From the IMG/VR virus record IMGVR_UViG_3300025704_000015, positions 15,755 through 79,754 of that record: 64,000 nucleotides of DNA; one strand, written 5' to 3'. This DNA is from a virus. The position numbers and the translations under genes were made by a program. This document shows positions 46,456 through 55,323 of this stretch, one piece after another; the stretch's first letter is position 1, and each line of letters begins with the position of its first letter. The notes beneath the pieces were generated by a model, which made no database searches, was not told the DNA's origin, and was given only the letters and a program-made list of their open reading frames with translations.

Positions 46456-46988
46456 TATTTTCCAAAGTACTGGGTTTGTAGAATTTTACCAATTGCTTTG
46501 ATAAGATCTTTACCGTCAGCATTAGCTTCCCAGTCTTTAATAGCATCTTTGTATGTGGAATGGTTCATGGCATCTTTTAAATATTCAACATCATTAGCAA
46601 GACCTTCAAACATCTTTGCAGCTTGGGTTTTTACCGTGCCTTTTAATTTTGCTTCATCAAGTTCAATGCTTTCAACAATTTTACCTTTACTTAAATCTAA
46701 GATGGTTGGATAACCAATTTCCTTTGAAGTGCTTCTGTTAAACTCTGCTGCATGTTGCCTCGCTTTCTCAAGGGTTGGCGCAGTATGATAAATCTGACCT
46801 TTGTTATTAAATATATAGAAATTGTTTTTTGATTTAGTTGTCTTGGCAGTATCAATCATTTTATCAAGACTTGCAGAGCCATTTCGAACTGCCTTCCAGT
46901 TTGATCCTCTAGTAGCACCGTAACCATATCCTTCAAGGATTCCCCTTGCAGCATCCTCTAATGCTTGACTTTTATTTGATAAGTTCAT
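46455..46988 (-). CDS. MNLSN-leader family protein 2
   Basis: MNLSNKSQALEDAARGILEG; internal VESIELDEA. Confidence 0.65.
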   Translation of the reverse strand: MNLSNKSQALEDAARGILEGYGYGATRGSNWKAVRNGSASLDKMIDTAKTTKSKNNFYIFNNKGQIYHTAPTLEKARQHAAEFNRSTSKEIGYPTILDLSKGKIVESIELDEAKLKGTVKTQAAKMFEGLANDVEYLKDAMNHSTYKDAIKDWEANADGKDLIKAIGKILQTQYFGK

Positions 46989-47290
46989 TTTAAAGAAATC
47001 TTCTTTAGATTTTTAATAAGAATTTCAAGATCACGCGCATTCAATTCAATATATTTTTTACCAATCGTGATTTGTACCATTTTACGATTTCCAATCTGAC
47101 CATGCCCAAGCTCGGCGGGTCCAGTAAATTGTGTTAATTCGGCATATTCTTTACCACTTTTACCCGCGCTTGTCCAAGCTTTAATTTTAGTAGCTTCACT
47201 CAGCTCTTCGGTTTCAAGCTCCTCATAAGTTCCTTCAAGGATTCCCCTTGCAGCATCCTCTATCGTTTTACTTTTATTTGATAAGTTCAT
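46985..47290 (-). CDS. MNLSN-leader family protein 1
   Basis: MNLSNKSKTIEDAARGILEG...LSEA. Confidence 0.65.
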   Translation of the reverse strand: MNLSNKSKTIEDAARGILEGTYEELETEELSEATKIKAWTSAGKSGKEYAELTQFTGPAELGHGQIGNRKMVQITIGKKYIELNARDLEILIKNLKKISLK

Positions 47291-47296
47291 TGTGTT

Positions 47297-47638
47297 TTAT
47301 TTTTTTAAATATGAAGACCATGAACTCCATTCTGGAGCATCGTTGGTATTTGAATATTGATTTGATTTTAATTTGTCTTGTTGATCTAATTGAGATTTTT
47401 TACCGTTGGTTACCATAAACGCGAATTTTTCTTTGGTATTAACAGCGAATAAACCGGCGGGTAATGAAACTAAAAAGGTTCCTTTTGGTAATTCAACATA
47501 CCCTTGAGATGAGAATTGTAAACCATTGCTTGATTGGCCATCACGAAAACTCGCTGGTTTTTTATTATATTTTACTTCGGCACTTTTGGTTAATACAAAC
47601 CCTGTTGCTTCTGAAATAAAGTGTTTAAATGAAATCAT
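47297..47638 (-). CDS. putative internal head protein with T4 IP-type leader
   Basis: MISFKHFISEA; late promoter at 47656-47663 (-). Confidence 0.65.
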   Translation of the reverse strand: MISFKHFISEATGFVLTKSAEVKYNKKPASFRDGQSSNGLQFSSQGYVELPKGTFLVSLPAGLFAVNTKEKFAFMVTNGKKSQLDQQDKLKSNQYSNTNDAPEWSSWSSYLKK

Positions 47639-47667
47639 AATTTTAGTTGTATTGTTATTTATAAAAG

Positions 47668-48039
47668 TTAATCCTTTTCCAAATCCGCTTCACGTGTTTT
47701 CTTAGACATCTTAATAGCCCAATCGACACCAGCATCGCCACCCCAACCTAGCCAGGCCATATATCCATTATCTGTCCATGGGCGGTCTTTCTTTTCAGGG
47801 GAAATTTTAGAGTTTTTTCTATGCCTATTAAATGATGCCATTCTTTTTAATATATCATAAGAGATCTCATCTCCATCAGCAAGTTGGCGAGCTCTTACCC
47901 ATCCAGTGCGAGTCATTGCTTTAACTTCATTAGGGTATTGCTCTTTCCATTTAATAGCTTTTTTCGCTGCGGCAACCGCACCAGCAGGAGGCTGAAACTT
48001 TCTTTCTTCCTCTTTAATAAAATCTTTAAACGGGATCAT
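47668..48039 (-). CDS. putative internal head protein with T4 IP-type leader
   Basis: MIPFKDFIKEE; RARQLA...RMASF...GYMAWLGWGGDAG domain; late promoter at 48048-48055 (-). Confidence 0.65.
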   Translation of the reverse strand: MIPFKDFIKEEERKFQPPAGAVAAAKKAIKWKEQYPNEVKAMTRTGWVRARQLADGDEISYDILKRMASFNRHRKNSKISPEKKDRPWTDNGYMAWLGWGGDAGVDWAIKMSKKTREADLEKD

Positions 48040-48078
48040 ATTAATGTTATTTATAATGTTGTATATATAAATTAGAAA

Positions 48079-48501
48079 ATGAAGAGTGATTGGACATATG
48101 AAGGTAAAGAGTTTACAACTGAGATGATCGAGGATTATGTTGGATTTGTTTACTTGGTAACTTTTGATGATGGAATGAAATACATCGGAAAAAAACGGTT
48201 TTGGAGTAAGGTGACTCGCCCTCCGTTAAAAGGAAAGAAAAGAAAGCGCAGATCTTTAAAGGAATCTGATTGGAAAACTTACTGTGGATCAAGTGAAGCT
48301 GTTAAAGAATTGATAGAAGAGAATGGCTTAGATTCTGTCAAACGAGAGATATTACACTTATGTAAAGGAGCAGGAGAACTCTCCTACATGGAAACAAAGG
48401 AACAATTTGATAGAGAAGTTTTATTACGCGAGGATTATCACAATGGCATTATCGGCTGTCGTATTCATCATTCTCATGTAAAGCGGCTTAAAAAACAATG
48501 A
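48079..48501 (+). CDS. GIY-YIG-like nuclease domain protein
   Basis: GFVYLVT...KYIGKK...YCGSS...REIL...E...YHNG. Confidence 0.7.
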   Translation: MKSDWTYEGKEFTTEMIEDYVGFVYLVTFDDGMKYIGKKRFWSKVTRPPLKGKKRKRRSLKESDWKTYCGSSEAVKELIEENGLDSVKREILHLCKGAGELSYMETKEQFDREVLLREDYHNGIIGCRIHHSHVKRLKKQ

Positions 48502-48573
48502 AATATAATGCAATAATAGTATTTACAAACCCTCAATTTTAGTATATAATATTAATAACAAAGTAAACAATAT

Positions 48574-49443
48574 ATGATAATTATCGACTTCTCAGCAATA
48601 TCAATCGCATCAGTATTTTCTCAACCAGCAAATACTTTAGATGAATCCATGATTCGCCACTTTATTCTTAATTCATTAAGGATGTATAATGTAAAATACA
48701 GATCAGAATATGGCGAGATGGTTATCGCCTGCGACCATAAAAGTTGGCGCAAATCCGTTTATCCAGAATATAAAGCGTCTCGTAAAAAAACCCGAGAGAA
48801 AAGTAATATTGATTGGACAGAAGTTTTTGGTATGATTGATAAAGTAAAACAAGAGCTTATGGAGTTTTTCCCTTATCCTGTGGTTCATGTTAATGGTGCA
48901 GAAGCAGATGATATTATTGCTACACTTGTTGAAAGCACTCAGGAGTTTGGTAAACATGAAAAGGTAATGATTGTTAGTTCTGATAAAGACTTTATTCAAT
49001 TGCAGAAATATTCAAATGTTAAACAGTTTAGCCCAGGCCAAAAGAAAGCAGTTACCGATCCTTCTCCTGCGATGTATTTGTTCGAGCATGTTCTTAGAGG
49101 CGACGCTGGTGACGGCGTTCCAAACGTTCTATCAAGCGATGATACTTTTGTTACAGCAAAACGCCAAACTCCTTTAAGTAAAGTTAAGATTAAAAAATGG
49201 CATGAAGAATCAAAGACTAAAGATCTAAAAGATGTCCTTGACGAAAATACATATAGGAATTACATACGTAACCAAACTATGATTGACCTATCAAAGATTC
49301 CCAGCGAAGTAGTGCAAGATATCCAAGCCGAGTATCAAAAAGAAGAAAACCAAAAAAATGATAATTCAAAGATACTGAATTATCTAATTCAAAATAGATG
49401 CAACCAGCTCGTAAATTGTGCTGATGAATTCTTTATAAAATAA
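48574..49443 (+). CDS. rnh: RNase H / 5'-3' flap exonuclease
   Basis: IIIDFS, YKASR, EADDII, SSDKDF, GDAGDGVPN. Confidence 0.92.
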   Translation: MIIIDFSAISIASVFSQPANTLDESMIRHFILNSLRMYNVKYRSEYGEMVIACDHKSWRKSVYPEYKASRKKTREKSNIDWTEVFGMIDKVKQELMEFFPYPVVHVNGAEADDIIATLVESTQEFGKHEKVMIVSSDKDFIQLQKYSNVKQFSPGQKKAVTDPSPAMYLFEHVLRGDAGDGVPNVLSSDDTFVTAKRQTPLSKVKIKKWHEESKTKDLKDVLDENTYRNYIRNQTMIDLSKIPSEVVQDIQAEYQKEENQKNDNSKILNYLIQNRCNQLVNCADEFFIK

Positions 49444-49453
49444 TATAACAACT

Positions 49454-49915
49454 ATGAAAAACCAAACATCGAAAAAATTTGTAACGCGTTTACCGCATGA
49501 AACTCTTGAAAAAGTTCAGGCGTCCAATAATGTTAAAGATCGAGTAAAAATCCTACAAGAGGATGCTACCTTTGCTTTGAAGACAATTCTTCAAGTTAAC
49601 TTTAGAGAGGATATTACTTTTGATTTTCCAGAAGGAGCACCTCCTTATAAGAAAGATGAAAGCAATGTCCCTGGGCAACAATATAGATCTATTGAAAAAT
49701 CAATTTCATCATTAAAAAATCTAGTAGCACAAAATAAAGCAGTTCCTACTTTTAAAAAAGAAGCAGGCCTTATTAGATTGCTAGAATCAGTTCATCCAAA
49801 AGATGCAGAGATTCTAATTGCAATGAAAGATAAAGATCTTAAAAGTCTATATAAAGGTATTACTTTGTCAACCGTTCAAAAGGCATTTCCTAATTTAAAG
49901 TTAGTTGCAGAATAA
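49454..49915 (+). CDS. conserved T4-like hypothetical protein
   Basis: PEGAPPY...LLESVHPKDAEILIAMKDK. Confidence 0.7.
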   Translation: MKNQTSKKFVTRLPHETLEKVQASNNVKDRVKILQEDATFALKTILQVNFREDITFDFPEGAPPYKKDESNVPGQQYRSIEKSISSLKNLVAQNKAVPTFKKEAGLIRLLESVHPKDAEILIAMKDKDLKSLYKGITLSTVQKAFPNLKLVAE

Positions 49916-49916
49916 T

Positions 49917-50174
49917 ATGACATATGAATATACATGTTTAAGCTGTGAAGAACGATGGGATGGCCGTTATCCTGTAGATGATAGAGATATACCTTTAAGT
50001 GAGCCTTGCCCAAAATGCGGAGTTGAAGGACAGGTTAAAAGAGTTCCAACCGCGGTTCGAGTTTCATATGAAGGTTTTCAAAGCCCTATTACAAGAGCTG
50101 GTGGAGAATGGAATGACGTGCTTAAATCTATTAAAAAGGGAGCAGGTAAAAAATCCACTATTGAAACTAAATAA
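49917..50174 (+). CDS. FmdB-like zinc-ribbon protein
   Basis: MTYEYTCLSC...PCPKCG. Confidence 0.7.
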   Translation: MTYEYTCLSCEERWDGRYPVDDRDIPLSEPCPKCGVEGQVKRVPTAVRVSYEGFQSPITRAGGEWNDVLKSIKKGAGKKSTIETK

Positions 50175-50887
50175 TGTCTCTACGATCTTTATTATCAAAA
50201 CCAATTAGAGGGACTACTTTTAATCATTTACCTACTTCAATTGGTTATGATGATTTGATTTGCGAAACTAAAACATCTGGCAGAAAATATATAACTCCAG
50301 AAGGAACCGCATATCCAAGTATTACAACTGTTCTCGGTTCTTTAAGTAAAGAAGGAATCGAAGCTTGGAAGAAACGAGTGGGCGAAGAAGAAGCTAATCG
50401 AATTTGTCAACATGCATGCACTCGTGGAACAGCTATGCATGAAGCTATTGAGAGATATCTTAATAATGAAGAAGACTGGTTTACTCCAAATGAGATGCCA
50501 AACGTTAAAGCGCTGTTTAATGCGGTTCGCCCGATTCTTGATGAAAGAGTAACTAATATATATTTACAGGAAGGCGCTCTTTATTCTGATCATTTAAAAC
50601 TTGCGGGCCGTGTTGATTGTATCGCTGAGTTTGATGGAAAGCTTTCAATCATTGATTTTAAAACCGCAAGACAAGCTAAGAAGAAAGAATATATTAGTAG
50701 TTACTTTATGCAAGCTTCTGCATATGCTATTATGTTTGAAGAAAGAACTGGTATACCAATAACACAAACAGTAATTCTAATGGCTGTTGATGATTCGCCC
50801 ACACCAATCGTATTTAAAGAGAAACGCGATAACTATACAAAACAATTAATTGAAACTATACAAAACTACTATGACACAACCCGATAA
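50174..50887 (+). CDS. PD-(D/E)XK exonuclease
   Basis: YPSITTVL, RGTAMH, AGRVDC, IIDFKT, QASAY. Confidence 0.85.
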   Translation: MSLRSLLSKPIRGTTFNHLPTSIGYDDLICETKTSGRKYITPEGTAYPSITTVLGSLSKEGIEAWKKRVGEEEANRICQHACTRGTAMHEAIERYLNNEEDWFTPNEMPNVKALFNAVRPILDERVTNIYLQEGALYSDHLKLAGRVDCIAEFDGKLSIIDFKTARQAKKKEYISSYFMQASAYAIMFEERTGIPITQTVILMAVDDSPTPIVFKEKRDNYTKQLIETIQNYYDTTR

Positions 50888-51536
50888 CAATAAAAGAAAT
50901 GAAAGTGAACCATCATTAAAAGAAATAATATCGCCACGCCGTAACGATCCATTCGTTACTGACTATGGTACAATTTCTGATTTTTATATTTCATCTCAGA
51001 TCGGTCCAGCTTCAGATTATATTGATTGGTTTCAAAGGATTCGTGCATCTCGTGAATCGGATATTCTTCGCTTCCATATTAATTGCACCGGTGGGGATTT
51101 ATTTACAACCATTCAATTTATACAAGTTCTTTCAGAGACTAAAGCAACAGTTGTTATGTGTGTTGAAGGTTCGTGTATGTCAGCCGCAACTCTTCTATTT
51201 TTAATGGGAGACGAATTTACAGTATCTGATCATAGTGTATTTCTTTTCCATAACTACTCAGGTGGTGTTGTTGGAAAGGGCGCAGAAATTTATCATGGAG
51301 TAATGCATGAAAGAAAATGGACTGAAAAGCTATTACGTGAAGCTTATGAAAACTTTCTTACTGAGGAAGAAATTTCCCAACTTCTTGAAGATAAAGATAT
51401 TTGGATGGATGCTCAAACCGTCGTTACCAGGTTAAAAGAAAAAGGAACAAAGAGTGATGATACACTAGTCAAGCCAAAAAAGAAAACGTCTAAAAAGAAA
51501 ACCACTAAGAGAAAAACAATTAAAAAGAAATCATAA
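50871..51536 (+). CDS. ClpP-like serine protease
   Basis: INCTGGD, CMSAAT (Ser), FLFHN (His), DIW. Confidence 0.8.
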   Translation: MTQPDNNKRNESEPSLKEIISPRRNDPFVTDYGTISDFYISSQIGPASDYIDWFQRIRASRESDILRFHINCTGGDLFTTIQFIQVLSETKATVVMCVEGSCMSAATLLFLMGDEFTVSDHSVFLFHNYSGGVVGKGAEIYHGVMHERKWTEKLLREAYENFLTEEEISQLLEDKDIWMDAQTVVTRLKEKGTKSDDTLVKPKKKTSKKKTTKRKTIKKKS

Positions 51537-51805
51537 TGAAACATACAAATATTAATAAACCAGATTACCACTTTAAACGGCGCTTAGCTTTTGGTATATT
51601 GGATGCAGTTGGCAAAGAAGAGTTAGATGAATTTCAAAAGGAGATTATGATTGATATTTCGGCTGAGTATGAATTTATTAAAAACAAAACTAGCAATTTA
51701 TCAAAAATGCAACGCGATCAAATTGAACAAGCATATGTGGGTATTCAAAATACTTTAGCAAATCAAGAAGAAGACCAATTAAAAGAGGTGGAGGAAGAAG
51801 AGTAA
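51536..51805 (+). CDS. hypothetical protein
   Basis: 89-aa translationally coupled ORF. Confidence 0.55.
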   Translation: MKHTNINKPDYHFKRRLAFGILDAVGKEELDEFQKEIMIDISAEYEFIKNKTSNLSKMQRDQIEQAYVGIQNTLANQEEDQLKEVEEEE

Positions 51806-52032
51806 TGAAAACTTTAATATTAGCAACAAGTAAATTTTGCGGTCCTTGTAAACTTTTAAAAAGTGAGTTTGAAAAGAAAGGTATCGATATAGAATATAAA
51901 GATTCTATTGAAGATGTAAACTTTTTTATTGAAAATAAAATTAAAAGTGTGCCGACATTAGTGTTAATAAACGGTGATAAAATTATTGGAGCTGAAGCTA
52001 TTATGAAAAGTTTGAAGGAACATTATATTTGA
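51805..52032 (+). CDS. thioredoxin/glutaredoxin
   Basis: FCGPCK, IKSVPTL. Confidence 0.85.
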   Translation: MKTLILATSKFCGPCKLLKSEFEKKGIDIEYKDSIEDVNFFIENKIKSVPTLVLINGDKIIGAEAIMKSLKEHYI

Positions 52033-52094
52033 TAAATAATATTATATCAAAGGTGACGTTGATATATTAATTCACTTATAATATAAATAATACT

Positions 52095-55000
52095 ATGTCA
52101 ACCAATATCGATTTGCATGCCGACAAAGGCAGCACTTTTTCTGTGGCCGTCAATGTTGAAAACAAAGACGGCTCTGCTTTTGATTGTACCGGCTACAATG
52201 TTAGAGGACAAGTTAGGAAAACTTATAAATCCGAATATGGAGTAAACCTTTCATGTGATTATATTGATCAAGCTGATGGTCTTATAGGTTTATCATTGAC
52301 CTCAGAAGAAACCGCTGCTATGAAGGCCGGGCGGTATTATTATGATGCTGAGATTTTTAGTGACAGCGGCACAGTAATTAGAGTTTTAGAAGGTATCTTC
52401 GAAGTTAGCCCACGTGTTATTAGTGAGACTTCGGACTTGGGGCTGGGCGATAATACCGATCCAGTACCCGATTCGCATGCACTTAGGAGAGACAATCCTC
52501 ATCAAGTTGCTCCCGATCAAATTGGACTAGGCAACGTAGATAATACAGCCGATGCAACCAAACCCGTATCTGGACCAACACAAGCTGCTTTAAATTTAAA
52601 AGCAGATCAATTAACTACATATACTAAAACAGAAGTTGATACAAAAGTTACTAATTTAATTGATTCCGCGCCCGGTGCATTAAATACTCTTAATGAATTG
52701 GCTGAGGCTCTTGGCGATGACGAGAATTTTGCATCTACTGTCAACTCGGCTATTGCTAGTAATTCAAGTGGAATAACAGCTTTAAACAGTCATGCCTTAA
52801 GTAAAACCAATCCGCATGATGTTTCTTTAGAACAGTTAACTGATGTTGATTTTCTTTCAAATCCGCCGGCGCAGGGCCAAGGTATTCTCTATGATACAGA
52901 TTCTCAAACATGGGTAGCTGCAGATATTGAGGGTGGTACAGGAACAGGTGGCCCAGTAGAATTAACTGACCAAACTCATTCTATATATGTTTCTAAGACT
53001 GGTAATAATATTAACCAGGGTTTAAATATTGATGATGCAAAATTAACAATAACCAGTGCTGTGAATGCAGCGCAAACTTTAATAGCTGAACCAGGGTTTG
53101 TAGGAAGTGTAAGAATTGATGTTTTAGATGGTGGCAGATACTTTGAAGGAAATGTAAACATTTCAGATAACATTCACGTGTTTGCGCCAACATCAACATT
53201 TATTGGAAACCTTACTATTGGTAATAATTCATCCTGTGTTATTGATACTCATTATGCCGACACAAACACACCTGGCTCCACTTTAGTTAATTTTGTTAAT
53301 GCAACAAATTCTTACTATACTGCTAATACTTTAGATATGCGAGGTGAAGCCGGTTCACAAACCGGTGGCATTGGTATTAGGTCTGAACAGAGTATTAACA
53401 GGTGTAAAGTAAATATTGGCGAGATTTATATTCCAACTGACGCAAAAGGATATCAAAGTGATGAAGACGGTAATTTAACTTTCGGCAGAGTAAATCTTAC
53501 AGGCGATAACTCATTCGCGTTTTACTTATTTGGCGTAGATGGAAATGCAAAAACTGATATAACATGCGGGGAAATTATTGCATCTCCAATAGGCAGTAAT
53601 ACTATGGCCGTTTACTGTAATACTGATAATTCAAAAACAACTTTAATATGTGGCCAGATAGATGTAGCTAAAGTTTATTCTATACCAAAGGCAACAGCTG
53701 AACTTTATATAATTTGCCCTAAAATTAGTGGTGATAGAACTCAAAATATTATTGGAGTTGTAAAAGAAATTTCAGATATTACTTTTGATTTAAAAGCAGA
53801 TCAAACCGCGTTGACCGCACACGTTTCTGATGCAACCAATCCTCATAGCGTAACTGCTACTCAAGTTGGTTTAGGCAACGTAGATAATACATCTGATGCA
53901 ACCAAACCCGTATCTGGACCAACTCAAAATGTTTTAAGTTTAAAGGCAAATTTATCTGATTTATCTAATCACATTAATGATTTAACCAATCCTCATAGCG
54001 TAACTGCTGCTCAAGTTGGACTTGGTAACGTAGATAATACATCTGATATTAATAAACCAGTTAGTACAGCAACACAAACTGCTTTAAATTCAAAGGCCAA
54101 TTCATCTGATTTAACAACTCACATTAATGATTTAACCAATCCTCATAGCGTAACTGCTACTCAAGTTGGACTTGGTAACGTAGATAATACATCTGATGCA
54201 ACCAAACCCGTATCTGGACCAACTCAAACTGCTTTAAATTTAAAGGCCAATTCATCTGATTTAACAACTCACATTAATGATTTAACTAATCCTCATAGCG
54301 TAACTGCTGCTCAAGTTGGTTTAGGAAATGTTAATAATACATCTGATATTAATAAACCAGTTAGTACAGCAACACAAACTGCTTTAAATTTAAAAGCAGA
54401 TCAATTAACTACATATACTAAAACAGAAGTTGATGCTGCTATAGGTGATGGGGGTGGAGGTGATTTAACCGCTGATGTTACATCTGATGTTAATGTTGGA
54501 AGTATTTCAACGGCTGATGTTGTTACAAGCGGCACGACTTTGCAAGAGTTTGTAGAGCAGTTATTGAAACAAACATATTTTCCAACTTTCGTAAACCCCT
54601 CTGCATCCCTTACTGATAATCTAGCCTCATCAGTAGAAGCTGGTACAACGGGAATTAATCTATCGGCCGGCTTTAATGCAGGCGCAATTAACGGAGCTCT
54701 CACTGATAATATTTGGGATCCAGGCCTAAAGCAAGCAAACAGAGCCGGGGCAGCAAACTCATACGAATTTAGTGGAACTTCTATAATTACAACAACACAG
54801 GGCGGATCTACTTTAAGTCAACCCGCTGTTGTAATTACAGATGGTGCTAATACTTTTAATGTTTCTATTGATTACGCAGAAGGCCCGCAACCACTTGACA
54901 GCGTGGGCAGCAATTATTTAAGCCCACTGCCAGCTGGAAGCGTGGTGAAGTCGCTAACTGTAAATGGAAGACGAAGAGCTTTTTATGGAACTAACCTCAG

Positions 55001-55310
55001 TGATAATACTAGTGCTGGTATAAGAGCTTTATCTAATAGTGTTTTAAACCCAGGGAATGGCTCGTCTTTCACAATTAACATTCCTGCTGGTGCAGTAAGT
55101 GTTAATTTCTCTTACCCAAATACTCTTCGAAATGTTACTAGTGTTCTTTATGCAGAAGGTCTTAATGCAGATGTTAAGGGATCTTTTGGATCACCCACTC
55201 TGGTTGATGTAGAAGGAGCCAATGGATTTAGTGCCATATCTTATAAAGTATATTCATTCACACCACCTTCACCATTTGAAGCTAGCGCAACTTACACCGT
55301 AACAATTTAA
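52095..55310 (+). CDS. tail fibre/baseplate-attached protein
   Basis: N-terminal adaptor (GQVRK...GRYYYD..RVLEG), APGALNTLNELAEALGDD, NPH-VT-QVGLGNVDNTSD repeats; late promoter at 52082. Confidence 0.8.
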   Translation: MSTNIDLHADKGSTFSVAVNVENKDGSAFDCTGYNVRGQVRKTYKSEYGVNLSCDYIDQADGLIGLSLTSEETAAMKAGRYYYDAEIFSDSGTVIRVLEGIFEVSPRVISETSDLGLGDNTDPVPDSHALRRDNPHQVAPDQIGLGNVDNTADATKPVSGPTQAALNLKADQLTTYTKTEVDTKVTNLIDSAPGALNTLNELAEALGDDENFASTVNSAIASNSSGITALNSHALSKTNPHDVSLEQLTDVDFLSNPPAQGQGILYDTDSQTWVAADIEGGTGTGGPVELTDQTHSIYVSKTGNNINQGLNIDDAKLTITSAVNAAQTLIAEPGFVGSVRIDVLDGGRYFEGNVNISDNIHVFAPTSTFIGNLTIGNNSSCVIDTHYADTNTPGSTLVNFVNATNSYYTANTLDMRGEAGSQTGGIGIRSEQSINRCKVNIGEIYIPTDAKGYQSDEDGNLTFGRVNLTGDNSFAFYLFGVDGNAKTDITCGEIIASPIGSNTMAVYCNTDNSKTTLICGQIDVAKVYSIPKATAELYIICPKISGDRTQNIIGVVKEISDITFDLKADQTALTAHVSDATNPHSVTATQVGLGNVDNTSDATKPVSGPTQNVLSLKANLSDLSNHINDLTNPHSVTAAQVGLGNVDNTSDINKPVSTATQTALNSKANSSDLTTHINDLTNPHSVTATQVGLGNVDNTSDATKPVSGPTQTALNLKANSSDLTTHINDLTNPHSVTAAQVGLGNVNNTSDINKPVSTATQTALNLKADQLTTYTKTEVDAAIGDGGGGDLTADVTSDVNVGSISTADVVTSGTTLQEFVEQLLKQTYFPTFVNPSASLTDNLASSVEAGTTGINLSAGFNAGAINGALTDNIWDPGLKQANRAGAANSYEFSGTSIITTTQGGSTLSQPAVVITDGANTFNVSIDYAEGPQPLDSVGSNYLSPLPAGSVVKSLTVNGRRRAFYGTNLSDNTSAGIRALSNSVLNPGNGSSFTINIPAGAVSVNFSYPNTLRNVTSVLYAEGLNADVKGSFGSPTLVDVEGANGFSAISYKVYSFTPPSPFEASATYTVTI
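53838..54433 (+). repeat. 150-bp (50-aa) tandem repeat x4, alternating A/B
   Basis: AATCCTCATAGCG at 53838, 53988, 54138 and 54288. Confidence 0.9.
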
Positions 55311-55323
55311 TATAAATAGCAAT

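Noticed and set aside
48079-48501. Mobile homing endonuclease
   Set aside because: Only a catalytic-like GIY-YIG domain with no DNA-binding tail and no interrupted host gene.
50174-50887. Cas4 / CRISPR-linked nuclease
   Set aside because: No Fe-S cysteine cluster or array; it fits the common T4-like exonuclease.
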